A stretch of DNA of 64,000 bases, taken from positions 2,656,001 to 2,720,000 of the forward strand of contig OZ240215.1 of assembly GCA_965197585.1 (NCBI GenBank). Reading direction: 5' to 3'. This DNA comes from Dehalococcoidia bacterium (lineage in GTDB: Bacteria > Chloroflexota > Dehalococcoidia > Plut-88900). Positions 52,256 to 62,108 of this stretch are shown here, piece by piece. Position numbers and translations under genes: made by a program. A model generated the notes under the pieces. That model searched no databases. It had not been told where the DNA came from and saw nothing but the letters and a program-made list of their open reading frames with translations. Numbering within the stretch: the first letter of the stretch is position 1; every line of letters starts with the position of its first letter.

Positions 52256-52573
52256 GGCCGCACCTTTCCAGCTATAGCGCACATTGTTTTGCGCTTCCGC
52301 AATGATAACCCGAATATAACATCAAACTGCACTGAAGATAGCCCGCGCTGCATCTATAGCAGGGTACAGAAAAACGCTTTTTGAGTTTTCCCGCAGCCTC
52401 TCCCTGGCCAGGAAGGGGGGAGAAAGTTATATCTGAGGGACACCCTCAGACTCCCGTCGAGGGGCTCTGCCTATCTGCACACCCCATATTTCAGCAGCCT
52501 GCTAGTTTCGTCGGGAGCAATTGCCATGCTTCAATGGCCTGAGATAACAGACCAGGCATGAAGGGCATATGGG

Positions 52574-53881
52574 TCAAGACTGGATTTTAAGAAGGGCCTC
52601 CAGCCGTTTTCGGGCGCGGGTGGGGCCTACTACGGTTAGGCTGAGCTTTTCGGTGCGGAGGAGGGTATCAGTGACGCGTCGGACGTCTTCGATGGTGACG
52701 GCGTCGACGCGGCGGACTACTTCGTCGATCATGAGGACCTGGCCGGTGACCATCTCCTGGGCGCCAAACCAGCCTGCCACGCTGCGGGTGTCCTCGGTGC
52801 GGAGGAGCAGGCGGCCTTTGACCAGCTCTTTGGACTTTTCGAGCTCAGACTCGGTGATGCCCTCTTTGAGCTTCTGAAGCTCGTTCATTATGCCTGCGAG
52901 AGTCTCGTTGGTGCGGGAAGGGTCGACGCCCGCGGCCACGCAGAGGGTGCCGCAGTCCAAGTAGTGGTTGTTGTAGCTGTAGACGTTGTAGGCCAACCCC
53001 CGGTTCTCCCTTAACTCCACGAAGAGCCGGCTGCTCATGCCATCTCCGAGGACGACGTTCAGAAGGTCGAGCGCGTAGCGGTCCGGGTGGTTTACGGCCA
53101 GGCCCCTGACGGCGAGGTTAAGGTGGACCTGCTCTATCTTCCGGTACTCGACGTGCATTCTCGGGGAGTCTTGATCGTCGGGGGCGGGGGTGAAGGTGCG
53201 GGGCTCGGAGGGCTGCCAGCCGTTCAGGCGTGAGGCAAGGGCCTCGACGACCTCGTCATGGTCCACGGCCCCTGCGACGGAGACCACAGTGTTGTTCGGC
53301 GAGTAGTGGGCGTTGAAATAGTCCAGGAGCTGTTCACGGGTGATGGAGTTAATCGAGTCTCGGGTGCCGCCGATGTCTCTTCCCAAGGGGTGATCAGGCC
53401 AGACAATCTGGTCGAGCAGGACTTCTCCCCACTGGTTGGGAGCGTCCTTGACCATGTTCAGCTCTTCGAGGATGACGCGCCGTTCTTTCTCGATGTCTTC
53501 GGAGTCGAAGCGGGAGTTGCGGAGCATGTCGACGAGGAGGTCGAGGGCCTCGGGAAAGTGGGGAAGGGCAACCTTGGCCCAGTAGGTGGTTACCTCCTGG
53601 TCGGTGCTGCCGTTGAGAGAGCCGCCTACACCCTCGACGGGCTCGGATATCTGCTGAGGGAGGCGCCGCTTCTCGGTCCCCTTAAAGCAAAGGTGTTCGA
53701 TGAAGTGGGAGATGCCAGCTTCGTTGTCGGCTTCGTATCGGGACCCGGTGCCCACGAGGATGATCATGCTCGCCGAGCGGGTGTGGGGCATGTTGCAGGT
53801 TATGACCCTCAGACCCGAGTCCAGGGTGGTCTTTTGGTAGGTCTGGTCGGCGACGGAGGTCGCGTCAGACGGCACGGCCAC
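52574..53881 (-). CDS. M16 family zinc peptidase
   Basis: HFIEH inverted zinc motif, LGDGMSSRLF.ELRE.RGLAY. Confidence 0.93.
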   Translation of the reverse strand: MAVPSDATSVADQTYQKTTLDSGLRVITCNMPHTRSASMIILVGTGSRYEADNEAGISHFIEHLCFKGTEKRRLPQQISEPVEGVGGSLNGSTDQEVTTYWAKVALPHFPEALDLLVDMLRNSRFDSEDIEKERRVILEELNMVKDAPNQWGEVLLDQIVWPDHPLGRDIGGTRDSINSITREQLLDYFNAHYSPNNTVVSVAGAVDHDEVVEALASRLNGWQPSEPRTFTPAPDDQDSPRMHVEYRKIEQVHLNLAVRGLAVNHPDRYALDLLNVVLGDGMSSRLFVELRENRGLAYNVYSYNNHYLDCGTLCVAAGVDPSRTNETLAGIMNELQKLKEGITESELEKSKELVKGRLLLRTEDTRSVAGWFGAQEMVTGQVLMIDEVVRRVDAVTIEDVRRVTDTLLRTEKLSLTVVGPTRARKRLEALLKIQS

Positions 53882-53919
53882 AGACCTGCGATGGGGGGTG
53901 GTGCGGGGTGAGTTCAGGG

Positions 53920-54558
53920 TTAAGAATCCCAGGAGACGTGGCCGTGGATGTCGTCGGGGTGGGAGCGTGACTTAAAGCCGGCGTGGAGACGCTTGGTCTC
54001 GCCGAGGACGCCTTCGTCGCCGTGGCCCGGGTAGATGTTGATGTCGTCGTCCAGGACAATGAGCTTGGTGTCGACGTTGTGGAGGAGTTGCTGAAAGTTC
54101 TCGGGGGTGGTGGTGTAGCCGGGGCCGCCGGGGAAGAGGGTGTCGCCGCTGAAGAGGTGCTTGCCCCAGAGGAGGGAGGTGGCGCCGGGGGTGTGACCGG
54201 GATTGTGGATGGTCCTGAGGGTGATGTTGCCGAAGGAGAAGCTGCCGCCGTCTTCGAAGTGCTGGTCAGCCTTGATGGGAAGCTCGCTTTCGTCGTCGGG
54301 GTGGACGACGAGGGGGATGCCGAGGGCGTCTTTGAGAGCTTTTGTGCCGTCGATATGGTCGAAGTGGGTGTGGGTGAAAAGGACGGCCTGGACATTGGTG
54401 TCCTTGGCCTGATCCAGGACACGCTCGGGCTGAGCGGGGGCGTCGATGATTACGCTCTCGTTGGTCTTGGGGCAGACGACTAGGTAGGCGTTGTTTTCGA
54501 AGTCGCCGGTGACTATCTTCCTGATCTCAATATTTTCGTCTTTGTGCAGTACGGCCAT
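53920..54558 (-). CDS. MBL-fold metallo-hydrolase (glyoxalase II-like)
   Basis: THTHFDHI, PGHTPG, GDTLF, PGHG. Confidence 0.92.
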   Translation of the reverse strand: MAVLHKDENIEIRKIVTGDFENNAYLVVCPKTNESVIIDAPAQPERVLDQAKDTNVQAVLFTHTHFDHIDGTKALKDALGIPLVVHPDDESELPIKADQHFEDGGSFSFGNITLRTIHNPGHTPGATSLLWGKHLFSGDTLFPGGPGYTTTPENFQQLLHNVDTKLIVLDDDINIYPGHGDEGVLGETKRLHAGFKSRSHPDDIHGHVSWDS

Positions 54559-54744
54559 GATGTCCTCCAGAGACTGTGTGGGCGGTGGTCAAGGGGTGGT
54601 GTTTGTGGGAGAAAGCTTAGCAAATGGGGGGTGGGGTTGCAATGAGGTGGAGGGGGCGGGCGGCCCCTATTGGGACGGTGATAGGGGATCCAAGAGAAGA
54701 CTAGGGCTACTCGATGAGAAAAGAGGACTTGGGGGCAGACGCCT

Positions 54745-54900
54745 TAGATCCCTCGCGGGGCCTCGGGATGACACAGAACAAGGCGCAAGAAAGGTCAGGA
54801 ACGACGGAGAGGTGGCGTTAAGCGAACTTGACGTATTGGCAGTGCGTGGTCGCCCCCCGCTCGATCCTTCGAGTGCCTCAGGATGAGCGGCCCCTCACCG
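54745..54900. repeat. REP-like cluster
   Basis: Same two palindrome families as at 25875-26017. Confidence 0.75.
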
Positions 54901-54960
54901 GGGAGGGCGGCCACGAGAGCCGCCCATACGGAAGGGAAGGTCGGGAAGGACGGATGAGTA

Positions 54961-55929
54961 CTAGAGAAGGGGGGCGACTTTGTTGGCCATGAGACCCATC
55001 TGGCGCATGAGGGTGTCGTGGGGTTCCACGCCGTGGCGGACGAAGTCGAATACGAAGTGGTCGAGGCCCGCATCCAGGTAGTTGGATATGCGCTCGGCGC
55101 TCTGTTCCGGGGAGCCAGCGACGGTTACGGCCCCAATGTCTACGGCGTATTCCAGGTCCATCAGGCCGGAGAAATAGTCCTCAATTTCGGCGGTGGACAT
55201 TTCCCTGCCCTCGGTGACTGTGGAGTAAATCCACGCGCTGACCTTGGCCTTCTCTCCCCACTTGCCCGGCGGGGCGTTGTTGAGGCCGGGGAGATACACA
55301 TCGTTAAGCTCGTCGAAGGTGGGCCAGGGGGGATTGATGTACTCGCAGTAGCGTGCGGCGCGTGGAATAGACACGGAGCGGCCACCCCACCAGATGGGTG
55401 GATAGGGCTTCTGGACGGGTTTCGGCTCCATGGAAACGCCGTTCAGCTTGTAGAACTGGCCATCGTAGGTGACTTCGTCCTCGGTCCAGAGGCGGGTAAT
55501 AATTTCAAGCTGCTCGTCGGCGATGGCGCCACGTTTCCGCCGGTCGGCGCCCACGGCGTGGAAGGCTTCATCAACCATGCCAAGGCACATCCCGACTATG
55601 ACCCTGCCATTGGATATGACGTCCAGACTGGCGAAATACTTGGCCCAGTCGAAGGGAGGGAGATAGGGGAGGGGAATGGAGTCGACGGCAATCCGGATTT
55701 TGGATGTGGCGGCGATGATGGCAGGAAGGAGGACACGGGCGTCGAGGATGCTCTTGTTGCCGAAGCGGCCGAAGGGGCCGGCGTCGGGGATGGCGTTCAT
55801 CAGTGGAACGTTGACGGAGTAGAAGCCGAGCTTTTCGGCGTACTGGGCGGCCTCCACAACCTCGGTCATGGTCGGGGGTTTGCGGCCCCACGGGAAGACC
55901 GCGACGCTGAAGTGGTCCATGATGGGCAT
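54961..55929 (-). CDS. LLM-class flavin/F420-dependent oxidoreductase
   Basis: AEKLGF, SLDVISNGR, PKPVQKP.PPIW.GG, AGSPE. Confidence 0.9.
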   Translation of the reverse strand: MPIMDHFSVAVFPWGRKPPTMTEVVEAAQYAEKLGFYSVNVPLMNAIPDAGPFGRFGNKSILDARVLLPAIIAATSKIRIAVDSIPLPYLPPFDWAKYFASLDVISNGRVIVGMCLGMVDEAFHAVGADRRKRGAIADEQLEIITRLWTEDEVTYDGQFYKLNGVSMEPKPVQKPYPPIWWGGRSVSIPRAARYCEYINPPWPTFDELNDVYLPGLNNAPPGKWGEKAKVSAWIYSTVTEGREMSTAEIEDYFSGLMDLEYAVDIGAVTVAGSPEQSAERISNYLDAGLDHFVFDFVRHGVEPHDTLMRQMGLMANKVAPLL

Positions 55930-56089
55930 GTGGTCTGGCCTCCAAGCTTGTTTGTTTGGGTGAGTATATCAGGGGGAGGATGAAGTGGGACGCGTGGGTG
56001 GCATGAAGAAGTTCAGGGATGCTGTGATATTAAGTGTTATGATCTGGCGACCGAATTTTGGATCATTCATGTATTTCGAAAGGTGAAAA

Positions 56090-56428
56090 ATGGGAAAATA
56101 CGTAGCGCTCTATTACTCATCGCCTGAGGTTATGGAGTCGATGAAGAATGCTGCACCGGAGGATATGCAAGAAGGCATTAAGTCCTGGATGGCCTGGGGT
56201 CAAAAGTGCGGGGACGGCATCGTGGACTTCGGGGCGCCTCTCGGGGGCGGGATGAAAGTTGGGAAGTCGGGAAGCTCTCCGAGCGGCAGCGATGTGATGA
56301 TGTACTCGATTTTGCAGGCGGAGAGTATGGAAGGGGCGCTGGCCCTGATGCAGGACCATCCGCACTTGAGTTGGCCGGGCGACGGCGAGATCGAAGTTTA
56401 CGAGTGCATGAATCTCCCGCCGATGTAA
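56090..56428 (+). CDS. YciI-like protein
   Basis: W.AW....G..IVD.G.PL, YSILQAES...A....DHPH. Confidence 0.7.
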   Translation: MGKYVALYYSSPEVMESMKNAAPEDMQEGIKSWMAWGQKCGDGIVDFGAPLGGGMKVGKSGSSPSGSDVMMYSILQAESMEGALALMQDHPHLSWPGDGEIEVYECMNLPPM

Positions 56429-56433
56429 GCACC

Positions 56434-58869
56434 CTAAGCGACTATATTCACCAGCCGACCCGGTACGTAGACGACTTTCCGAGGCCCGTTCTTCATGAAG
56501 GCCCTTATCCGGTCGCTGGATAGGGCTACTTCCTTCGCCTCTTCCTCGGTGATGCCCGCCGAGACTGTTACCCGGTCTCTGACCTTGCCGTTGACCTGCA
56601 CAACGAGGGTGACTTCTTCCTCTGCGGCGAGGGCATCGTCCCATTGGGGGAAGGGTTGATTGTGAATGCTGTATTCGTAGCCTTTAGCGGCCCACAACTC
56701 CTCGGCGAGGTGGGGGGCGGTTGGGGCGAGCATTAGCAGCAACGCCCTTATCGACTCTCTCCAAGTCTCCGCGTCCACCGACCCTTCATCCAGGGCTCGG
56801 GCGAGGTGGTTGGTGAACTCCATCAGCGAAGCTAACGCAGTATTGAAATGGAACCGGTCCAGGTCCTGGTGCACCTTCTTGATGGTCTTGTGCAGCATGT
56901 GAATCGTCTGTTTAGACGACTTGCCGGGCCCCAATTCGGGGTCGTCCCGCTCCGTCAGGTCCCAGACCCGGTTGTACCAGCGCACTATCCCGTTTATCCC
57001 CTGGTCGACCCACTCTCCACCCTGGTCCCACGGCCCGATGAACATCAGGTATCCGCGAACGACGTCGGCGCCTACGGTGTCGACGTACTCGTCGGGGGTG
57101 ATGACGTTGCCACGGGACTTGCTCATCTTCTGCCTGTCGCTGATGATGATGCCCTGGTTGTAGAGCCTGACGAAGGGCTCGTCGAAGTCGAGCAGGCCGA
57201 TGTCTCGCAGGGCTTTGACGAAGAAGCGGGCGTAGAGCAGGTGCATCACCGCGTGCTCGGCGCCGCCGGTGTACTGGTCGACGGGCAGCCAGTGCTTGAT
57301 CTCCTCCGGTTTGAAAGCCGAGTCCCCGGAGTTGGGGGAAGCGTACTTTAAGAAGTACCAGGAGGAGCACATGAAGGTGTCCATGGTGTCGGTCTCCCGG
57401 CGAGCCGGGCCCCCACACTCGGGGCAGGTAGTATTCACAAACTCTTTGTGGAACGTGAGGGGTGATTCGCCGGTGGGTCTGAACTCGGCGTCTTCCGGTA
57501 GCAGCACCGGAAGTTGGTCCTCGGGGATGGGGACTATGCCGCAGGCGTTGCAATAGACCATAGGTATCGGGGCTCCCCAATACCGTTGGCGGGATATGAG
57601 CCAATCACGGATACGGTAAGAGACTGTGCCGCCACCGATGCCCTGCTCCTCCAAGGCTCGTGTAACAGCCTGCTTCCCATCTTCATTCCCAAGGCCCACG
57701 AACTGTCCTGAGTTGACCATCTCCCCGGGCCCCGTGTAAGCCTCCACAAAGTCCTCGCCGCCCCATCCAGGCGGAGCGATTACCGTCCTGATGGGAAGGT
57801 CATATTTCTTGGCGTATGCAAAGTCCCGGGTGTCGTGGGCGGGGACGCCCATGACGGCACCGGTGCCGTAGGTGAGAAGTGCGTAGTCGGCGATGAAGAT
57901 GGGGACCTTCTCGCCGTTCAGGCGGTTGGTGCAGTAGGCACCGATGAATACTCCCGTCTTCTCCTTGTCCGTAGCAAGCCGCTCTATCTCGGAGCGCCGC
58001 CTCGTCTCCTCGACGTAGGCTTGTACCTCTTCCTTCTTGTCAGGAGTAGTGAGCTGGGAAACCAGCGGATGCTCTGGGGCGAGAACCATGAAGGTCACGC
58101 CGAACACGGTGTCGGGACGGGTGGTGAAGACTCTTATCTCGGTTTGCTCAAGGCCGTACTCCTCGATGCTGAATGCAATCTCAGCTCCCTGGCTCTTGCC
58201 GATCCAGTTGGACTGCATCGTGTTTATGCGGTCGGGCCACTGGATGCTGCTGAAGTCGAGGAGTTCATCGGCGTACCTGGTGATCCTGAAGAACCACTGC
58301 TCCAAGTCTCTCCTGGTCACCGAGGAGGTACAACGTTCGCACGTACCGTCGGGGAGGACTTGCTCGTTGGCAAGGGTAGTCTGGCAGGTCGGGCACCAGT
58401 TGGCGGGGGCCTTGTTTCGGTACGCGAGCCCTGCATGGAACAGCTTGAGGAAAAGCCACTGAGTCCATTTATAGTAATCGGGCAGGGAGGTCACGACCTC
58501 ACGGTCCCAGTCGTACACAGCGCCAATGCGCTTGAGCTGCCGGCGCATGTTCTCGACGTTGCGCATGGTCCACAAGTGGGGATGGATGCCGTTCTTGATG
58601 GCGGCGTTCTCGGCGGGGAGTCCGAACGCGTCGAAACCCATGGGGTGGAGGACGTTGTAGCCCTGCATGCGCTTGAAACGGGCGTGGACGTCCGCGGGGG
58701 CCATAGCGTACCAGTGGCCGATGTGCAGGTTCCCGGAGGTGTACGGGAACATGGTGAGCTCATACCACTTGGGCTTGCCGGGGTCTTGATCCACGCGGTA
58801 CAGCCGGTCCTTGTTCCACCTTTGCTGCCACTTGGTCTCTATTGCTGACGGGTCGTATCTCAGGGGCAT
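56434..58869 (-). CDS. leuS: Leucine--tRNA ligase
   Basis: MFPY.SG.LHIGH, FTTRPDT, KMSKS. Confidence 0.98.
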   Translation of the reverse strand: MPLRYDPSAIETKWQQRWNKDRLYRVDQDPGKPKWYELTMFPYTSGNLHIGHWYAMAPADVHARFKRMQGYNVLHPMGFDAFGLPAENAAIKNGIHPHLWTMRNVENMRRQLKRIGAVYDWDREVVTSLPDYYKWTQWLFLKLFHAGLAYRNKAPANWCPTCQTTLANEQVLPDGTCERCTSSVTRRDLEQWFFRITRYADELLDFSSIQWPDRINTMQSNWIGKSQGAEIAFSIEEYGLEQTEIRVFTTRPDTVFGVTFMVLAPEHPLVSQLTTPDKKEEVQAYVEETRRRSEIERLATDKEKTGVFIGAYCTNRLNGEKVPIFIADYALLTYGTGAVMGVPAHDTRDFAYAKKYDLPIRTVIAPPGWGGEDFVEAYTGPGEMVNSGQFVGLGNEDGKQAVTRALEEQGIGGGTVSYRIRDWLISRQRYWGAPIPMVYCNACGIVPIPEDQLPVLLPEDAEFRPTGESPLTFHKEFVNTTCPECGGPARRETDTMDTFMCSSWYFLKYASPNSGDSAFKPEEIKHWLPVDQYTGGAEHAVMHLLYARFFVKALRDIGLLDFDEPFVRLYNQGIIISDRQKMSKSRGNVITPDEYVDTVGADVVRGYLMFIGPWDQGGEWVDQGINGIVRWYNRVWDLTERDDPELGPGKSSKQTIHMLHKTIKKVHQDLDRFHFNTALASLMEFTNHLARALDEGSVDAETWRESIRALLLMLAPTAPHLAEELWAAKGYEYSIHNQPFPQWDDALAAEEEVTLVVQVNGKVRDRVTVSAGITEEEAKEVALSSDRIRAFMKNGPRKVVYVPGRLVNIVA

Positions 58870-59036
58870 TTAACTGTCCGTTCTCCTAAGTCCTAACTCT
58901 CCCGACAATCGCAAAAGCTACCACGGGGTGGGTGGGTGTGCAAGGATGGGCACTCGTTCGGGCGGGTTGGTGATGCGCCGGGTTTTCTTCAGTCCTCCTG
59001 AGGCGGATCCTTCAGAGGCGGATGTTCCATCTTCGA

Positions 59037-59695
59037 TTGTGGGGTTTCGGTTTGGTTTGTTTGGGAGGGGGCAGGCGATGGAAGGTCCGGGACTAGAAAC
59101 CAGGCCGGAGGTTGTTGCCGAGCCGTCGGCGCCGGGCTGGATTATCCCCACATGTTGTCGGCTGTGGTCAGGGTTGTGTGGGGCCGATCCCACCGGCAGC
59201 GGCACTTGACCGGACCGCTGACGGGGAAGATGCCGCCTGAGGCGGTCTTTCAGAACCGGCGTCCCGGTGCATCCGCCGGGTAGACGGATGGCAGGGACGG
59301 CGGGACAAACAAGGACACGAGGGCCTTGCTAAACCGGGGGTCGGTTGACTTACCCGGGAAACCGGCACGCAATGGGCCGGGGTAAACGCACCCGGTAATG
59401 GGGGCGTTGAATCGGCAGGGGCCCTGGACGGGGCCTGCCGCGTATAGTCTGTGGACATTCCATCGCCTGGAAATTGGGGGAAGGGGCACGGGACCCGGGG
59501 GAAGAGGAGATGGCGACTTTTGCTTGAGCCGCGGGTCCTTGGTAGGGCCGTTGGGATGGGCTGAGGCGTTGAGTCCTCGGGTGGGTCTAGTGGGCTTCCC
59601 TGGGTTGTGGTTCCTCCTTGAGATAGTTGGATTGGTGTTCGAACGGTGGGGAGCATAGCACAAGTGTTCAGGTAGGGTCAAGGGGTTCGTGTCAC
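59037..59695 (-). ncRNA. Copy C of the dispersed structured non-coding element
   Basis: TTGACC-N18-TATGCT with GAACACTTGTGC; helix 59072-59095/59445-59469; conserved core ~59477-59619. Confidence 0.6.
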
Positions 59696-59729
59696 TTTTG
59701 GGGGGACACCGCCCCAGCCCCACAGGGGA

Positions 59730-59930
59730 ACCCTCACCCCCTTGATCCCCCTCTCACGCCACGGGCGCACGCCCAGGCGCATCTACGACATCTTCGACCC
59801 TTAGGGCGGTCAAGGGAGAGGGGGAAATAAGAATAGAGGTCCACGTGCGTGCCCTGCACGCACGTGGACCTCTAATTCAGTACTTGGGGAGGGGGATGGA
59901 TTCCCGATCAGGGTGGGGAATGACGGGGGG
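59730..59930. repeat. Cluster of REP-like palindromes including a 19-bp perfect inverted repeat (59834-59874)
   Basis: CCCTCACCCC..CCCCCTCTC...GGGAGAGGGG; TAGAGGTCCACGTGCGTGC-CCT-GCACGCACGTGGACCTCTA; GGATTCCCGATC..GGAATGAC. Confidence 0.7.
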
Positions 59931-59976
59931 TGGGGGAAGGTTGACCGGTGTCGGGGGTGGGGATAGGGTGGGGGGG

Positions 59977-61527
59977 ATGAAGATTGTGAGTGCGGCGGCG
60001 ATAGCCCTGATTGTTGCGCTGGTCGGTTGCTCCGGCACTGAGGAAGTACCATCCCCTACCCCCGACGTGGGCAGAGCCGTGGAGACGGCGGTGGTGGAAG
60101 CACTACCAACCGCCACGCCTACCGCACCGCCTGATGTCAACGCTACGATAGAGGCAGGTATGGCGGCGACGATGGCGTCAATTCCACCCACAACTATCCC
60201 CGCGCCCTCACCTGTTCTTCCGCCCACACCAGTGCCAACGCCCACTCCTGTACCTACTCCAACCCCAATTCCTACGGCAACCCCTACGCCCGTGCCCACC
60301 CCTGCACCTGTGCCCACACCTGTCCCAATCGCCACCCCGACCCCTGCCCCTACTCCAACGCCAACCCCGACCCCGACCCCCACACCCAGCCCGACACCTC
60401 AGCCCTTGGCCACCACGCCACCGCCAGAGTGGGTCTTCACGTCCAAGGTATCTGAGGCCGACAAGGACCGCTTACAGCAGACTATGGAGGACGTGCGGGC
60501 CTTCTTCTCCCATCGGTACGGGGTGGAGGCCTCCGACTTCATCGTCGTTGCCGGCCACTACGATGGAATCGACGCTCACAGCCGGAGGCTGACGGGTCAG
60601 CCCGCCCCTAAAGAGCCTGGAGGGTGGGTGAGCAAAACGTTGGACGATAGTGCATTCATGGGCGTGATCCACATGGAGGACGCCGGAAGGTTCACCTACG
60701 GATGGCAAGTCATAGCCCACGAGTACTTCCACGTCCTGCAGGGCATGCTCAACGGGGGATCGAGCTACATATCTCCCGGTGAACGGGCTCCCACGTGGCT
60801 TGTGGAGGGACACGCTGTCTATGCCAACCACCTATACTCACAGGAGGAAGGAGCGGCAGAAACACGACTCCTGGCTGTCTCCGACTTCAAGAGAGAAAAC
60901 CCTGAAGCCAAACTGGGTGACCTGCGCCAGGTCGATGTGCACTGGAATAACGACAGAAGTTATGTCTACGGCGTAGGGCTAGCCGCCGCACAATACCTGG
61001 GAGACCCCGCATACCTGGAGTTCTGGAAGGCGATGGGGCAGGGAATGGGATGGAGGGATGCTTTGGGCCAAGTGTCCGATGTCGACTTCGATGAGTTCAA
61101 CCGCAGCTTCATGGAATGGTTGCCATCCCACATCCCCCAACCAATGTTGGTGTCTGTGGATGTAGCCTGGCCGGGGTTGGGGTCTCCGGCGCTTACACGG
61201 GAGGAATATCTCACCTTCGGCATCGAGTGGGTGCCAAACTGGCCGTTTCCCACCTCGCGCTCAAGCTGGTCAGGTGATGCCAGGCTAACCCGTACCTTCC
61301 TCGGCAACACTGCAGGCGTAGGGTACGTGTGCCTTAAGTGGGACGGCACAGGACGGGATTTCAGCTATGCACCCGAGGTACTTGGCTGGTATTCGGACGG
61401 GAGGCTGGTCTCACGCGAGGACGCCGAGCTAATCGAGTTCACGGGCGAGGATCTCACCCTGAAAGACTGGAGTCTGCCTAGGCACCCGGATACACTACAG
61501 GCCGTGCCTGGCATACATTGCAACTAA
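59977..61527 (+). CDS. Lipoprotein with PT-repeat stalk and HExxH (gluzincin-like) domain
   Basis: LVGC lipobox, (PT)n, AHEYFH...WLVEGHA.Y. Confidence 0.8.
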   Translation: MKIVSAAAIALIVALVGCSGTEEVPSPTPDVGRAVETAVVEALPTATPTAPPDVNATIEAGMAATMASIPPTTIPAPSPVLPPTPVPTPTPVPTPTPIPTATPTPVPTPAPVPTPVPIATPTPAPTPTPTPTPTPTPSPTPQPLATTPPPEWVFTSKVSEADKDRLQQTMEDVRAFFSHRYGVEASDFIVVAGHYDGIDAHSRRLTGQPAPKEPGGWVSKTLDDSAFMGVIHMEDAGRFTYGWQVIAHEYFHVLQGMLNGGSSYISPGERAPTWLVEGHAVYANHLYSQEEGAAETRLLAVSDFKRENPEAKLGDLRQVDVHWNNDRSYVYGVGLAAAQYLGDPAYLEFWKAMGQGMGWRDALGQVSDVDFDEFNRSFMEWLPSHIPQPMLVSVDVAWPGLGSPALTREEYLTFGIEWVPNWPFPTSRSSWSGDARLTRTFLGNTAGVGYVCLKWDGTGRDFSYAPEVLGWYSDGRLVSREDAELIEFTGEDLTLKDWSLPRHPDTLQAVPGIHCN

Positions 61528-61593
61528 GACAAGCAAAGCCCCCGGCTCGGAGGACTACCAATCAAACGAGCTGTGGGCTGAAAGGAGAGGCTA

Positions 61594-61872
61594 ATGGATG
61601 AGAAATTGCCGTCAATCCCTGGATATGTTGCAGGGATATTCTTTAACGCTGTGGCAGCGGCGGTTGTTGAACTGGATCATCTTCCACGTAGCAAGAGAAC
61701 CAGTGCCCAGTTTCAGAAAGTCATCCACGACTGGGTTGGCATTTTGACTGGGCCGAACCGGCCCTTCGAAGCTCTTGCAACACCCGTTCAAGAGTTACAG
61801 GAAACGCTTGATATAGGGATAGACGAAGCTCGCAAGCTTCGTCCTCGCAACAAACCATCTGCTCACCTGTGA
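61594..61872 (+). CDS. Hypothetical protein
   Basis: AGGAGAGG RBS before ATG; 92-aa ORF of lower GC. Confidence 0.5.
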   Translation: MDEKLPSIPGYVAGIFFNAVAAAVVELDHLPRSKRTSAQFQKVIHDWVGILTGPNRPFEALATPVQELQETLDIGIDEARKLRPRNKPSAHL

Positions 61873-62108
61873 CCGAGATCATGCCACCAAGTCCTGATAC
61901 CTCAGCCGCTTGTCCTCCAACCCATGACCAGGAGACCCATGCGGTCCAAGGTGTCCCCCGAGCGGCTGTTAGGTCTGTCCCATCCCAGATTCCTCGCGGG
62001 CCTCGGGATGACGATTGTGCAAGGGTCGCTGAAGGGGTTACCGATGCTTGCTCTGCTATAATCAGCGCAGCGGCCATCGTGGCTAAATTCCATTGCGAGG
62101 TCCCTGAA

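Noticed and set aside
58870-59695. T-box upstream of leuS
   Set aside because: No GGTGGNACCGCG motif on the minus strand; the region is a REP plus element copy C
60230-60400. Short tandem CCNACN repeats
   Set aside because: Encode the Pro-Thr linker of the lipoprotein
61869-62108. N-terminal extension of leuC
   Set aside because: Runs through a REP; homology starts at MSPKT (62109)
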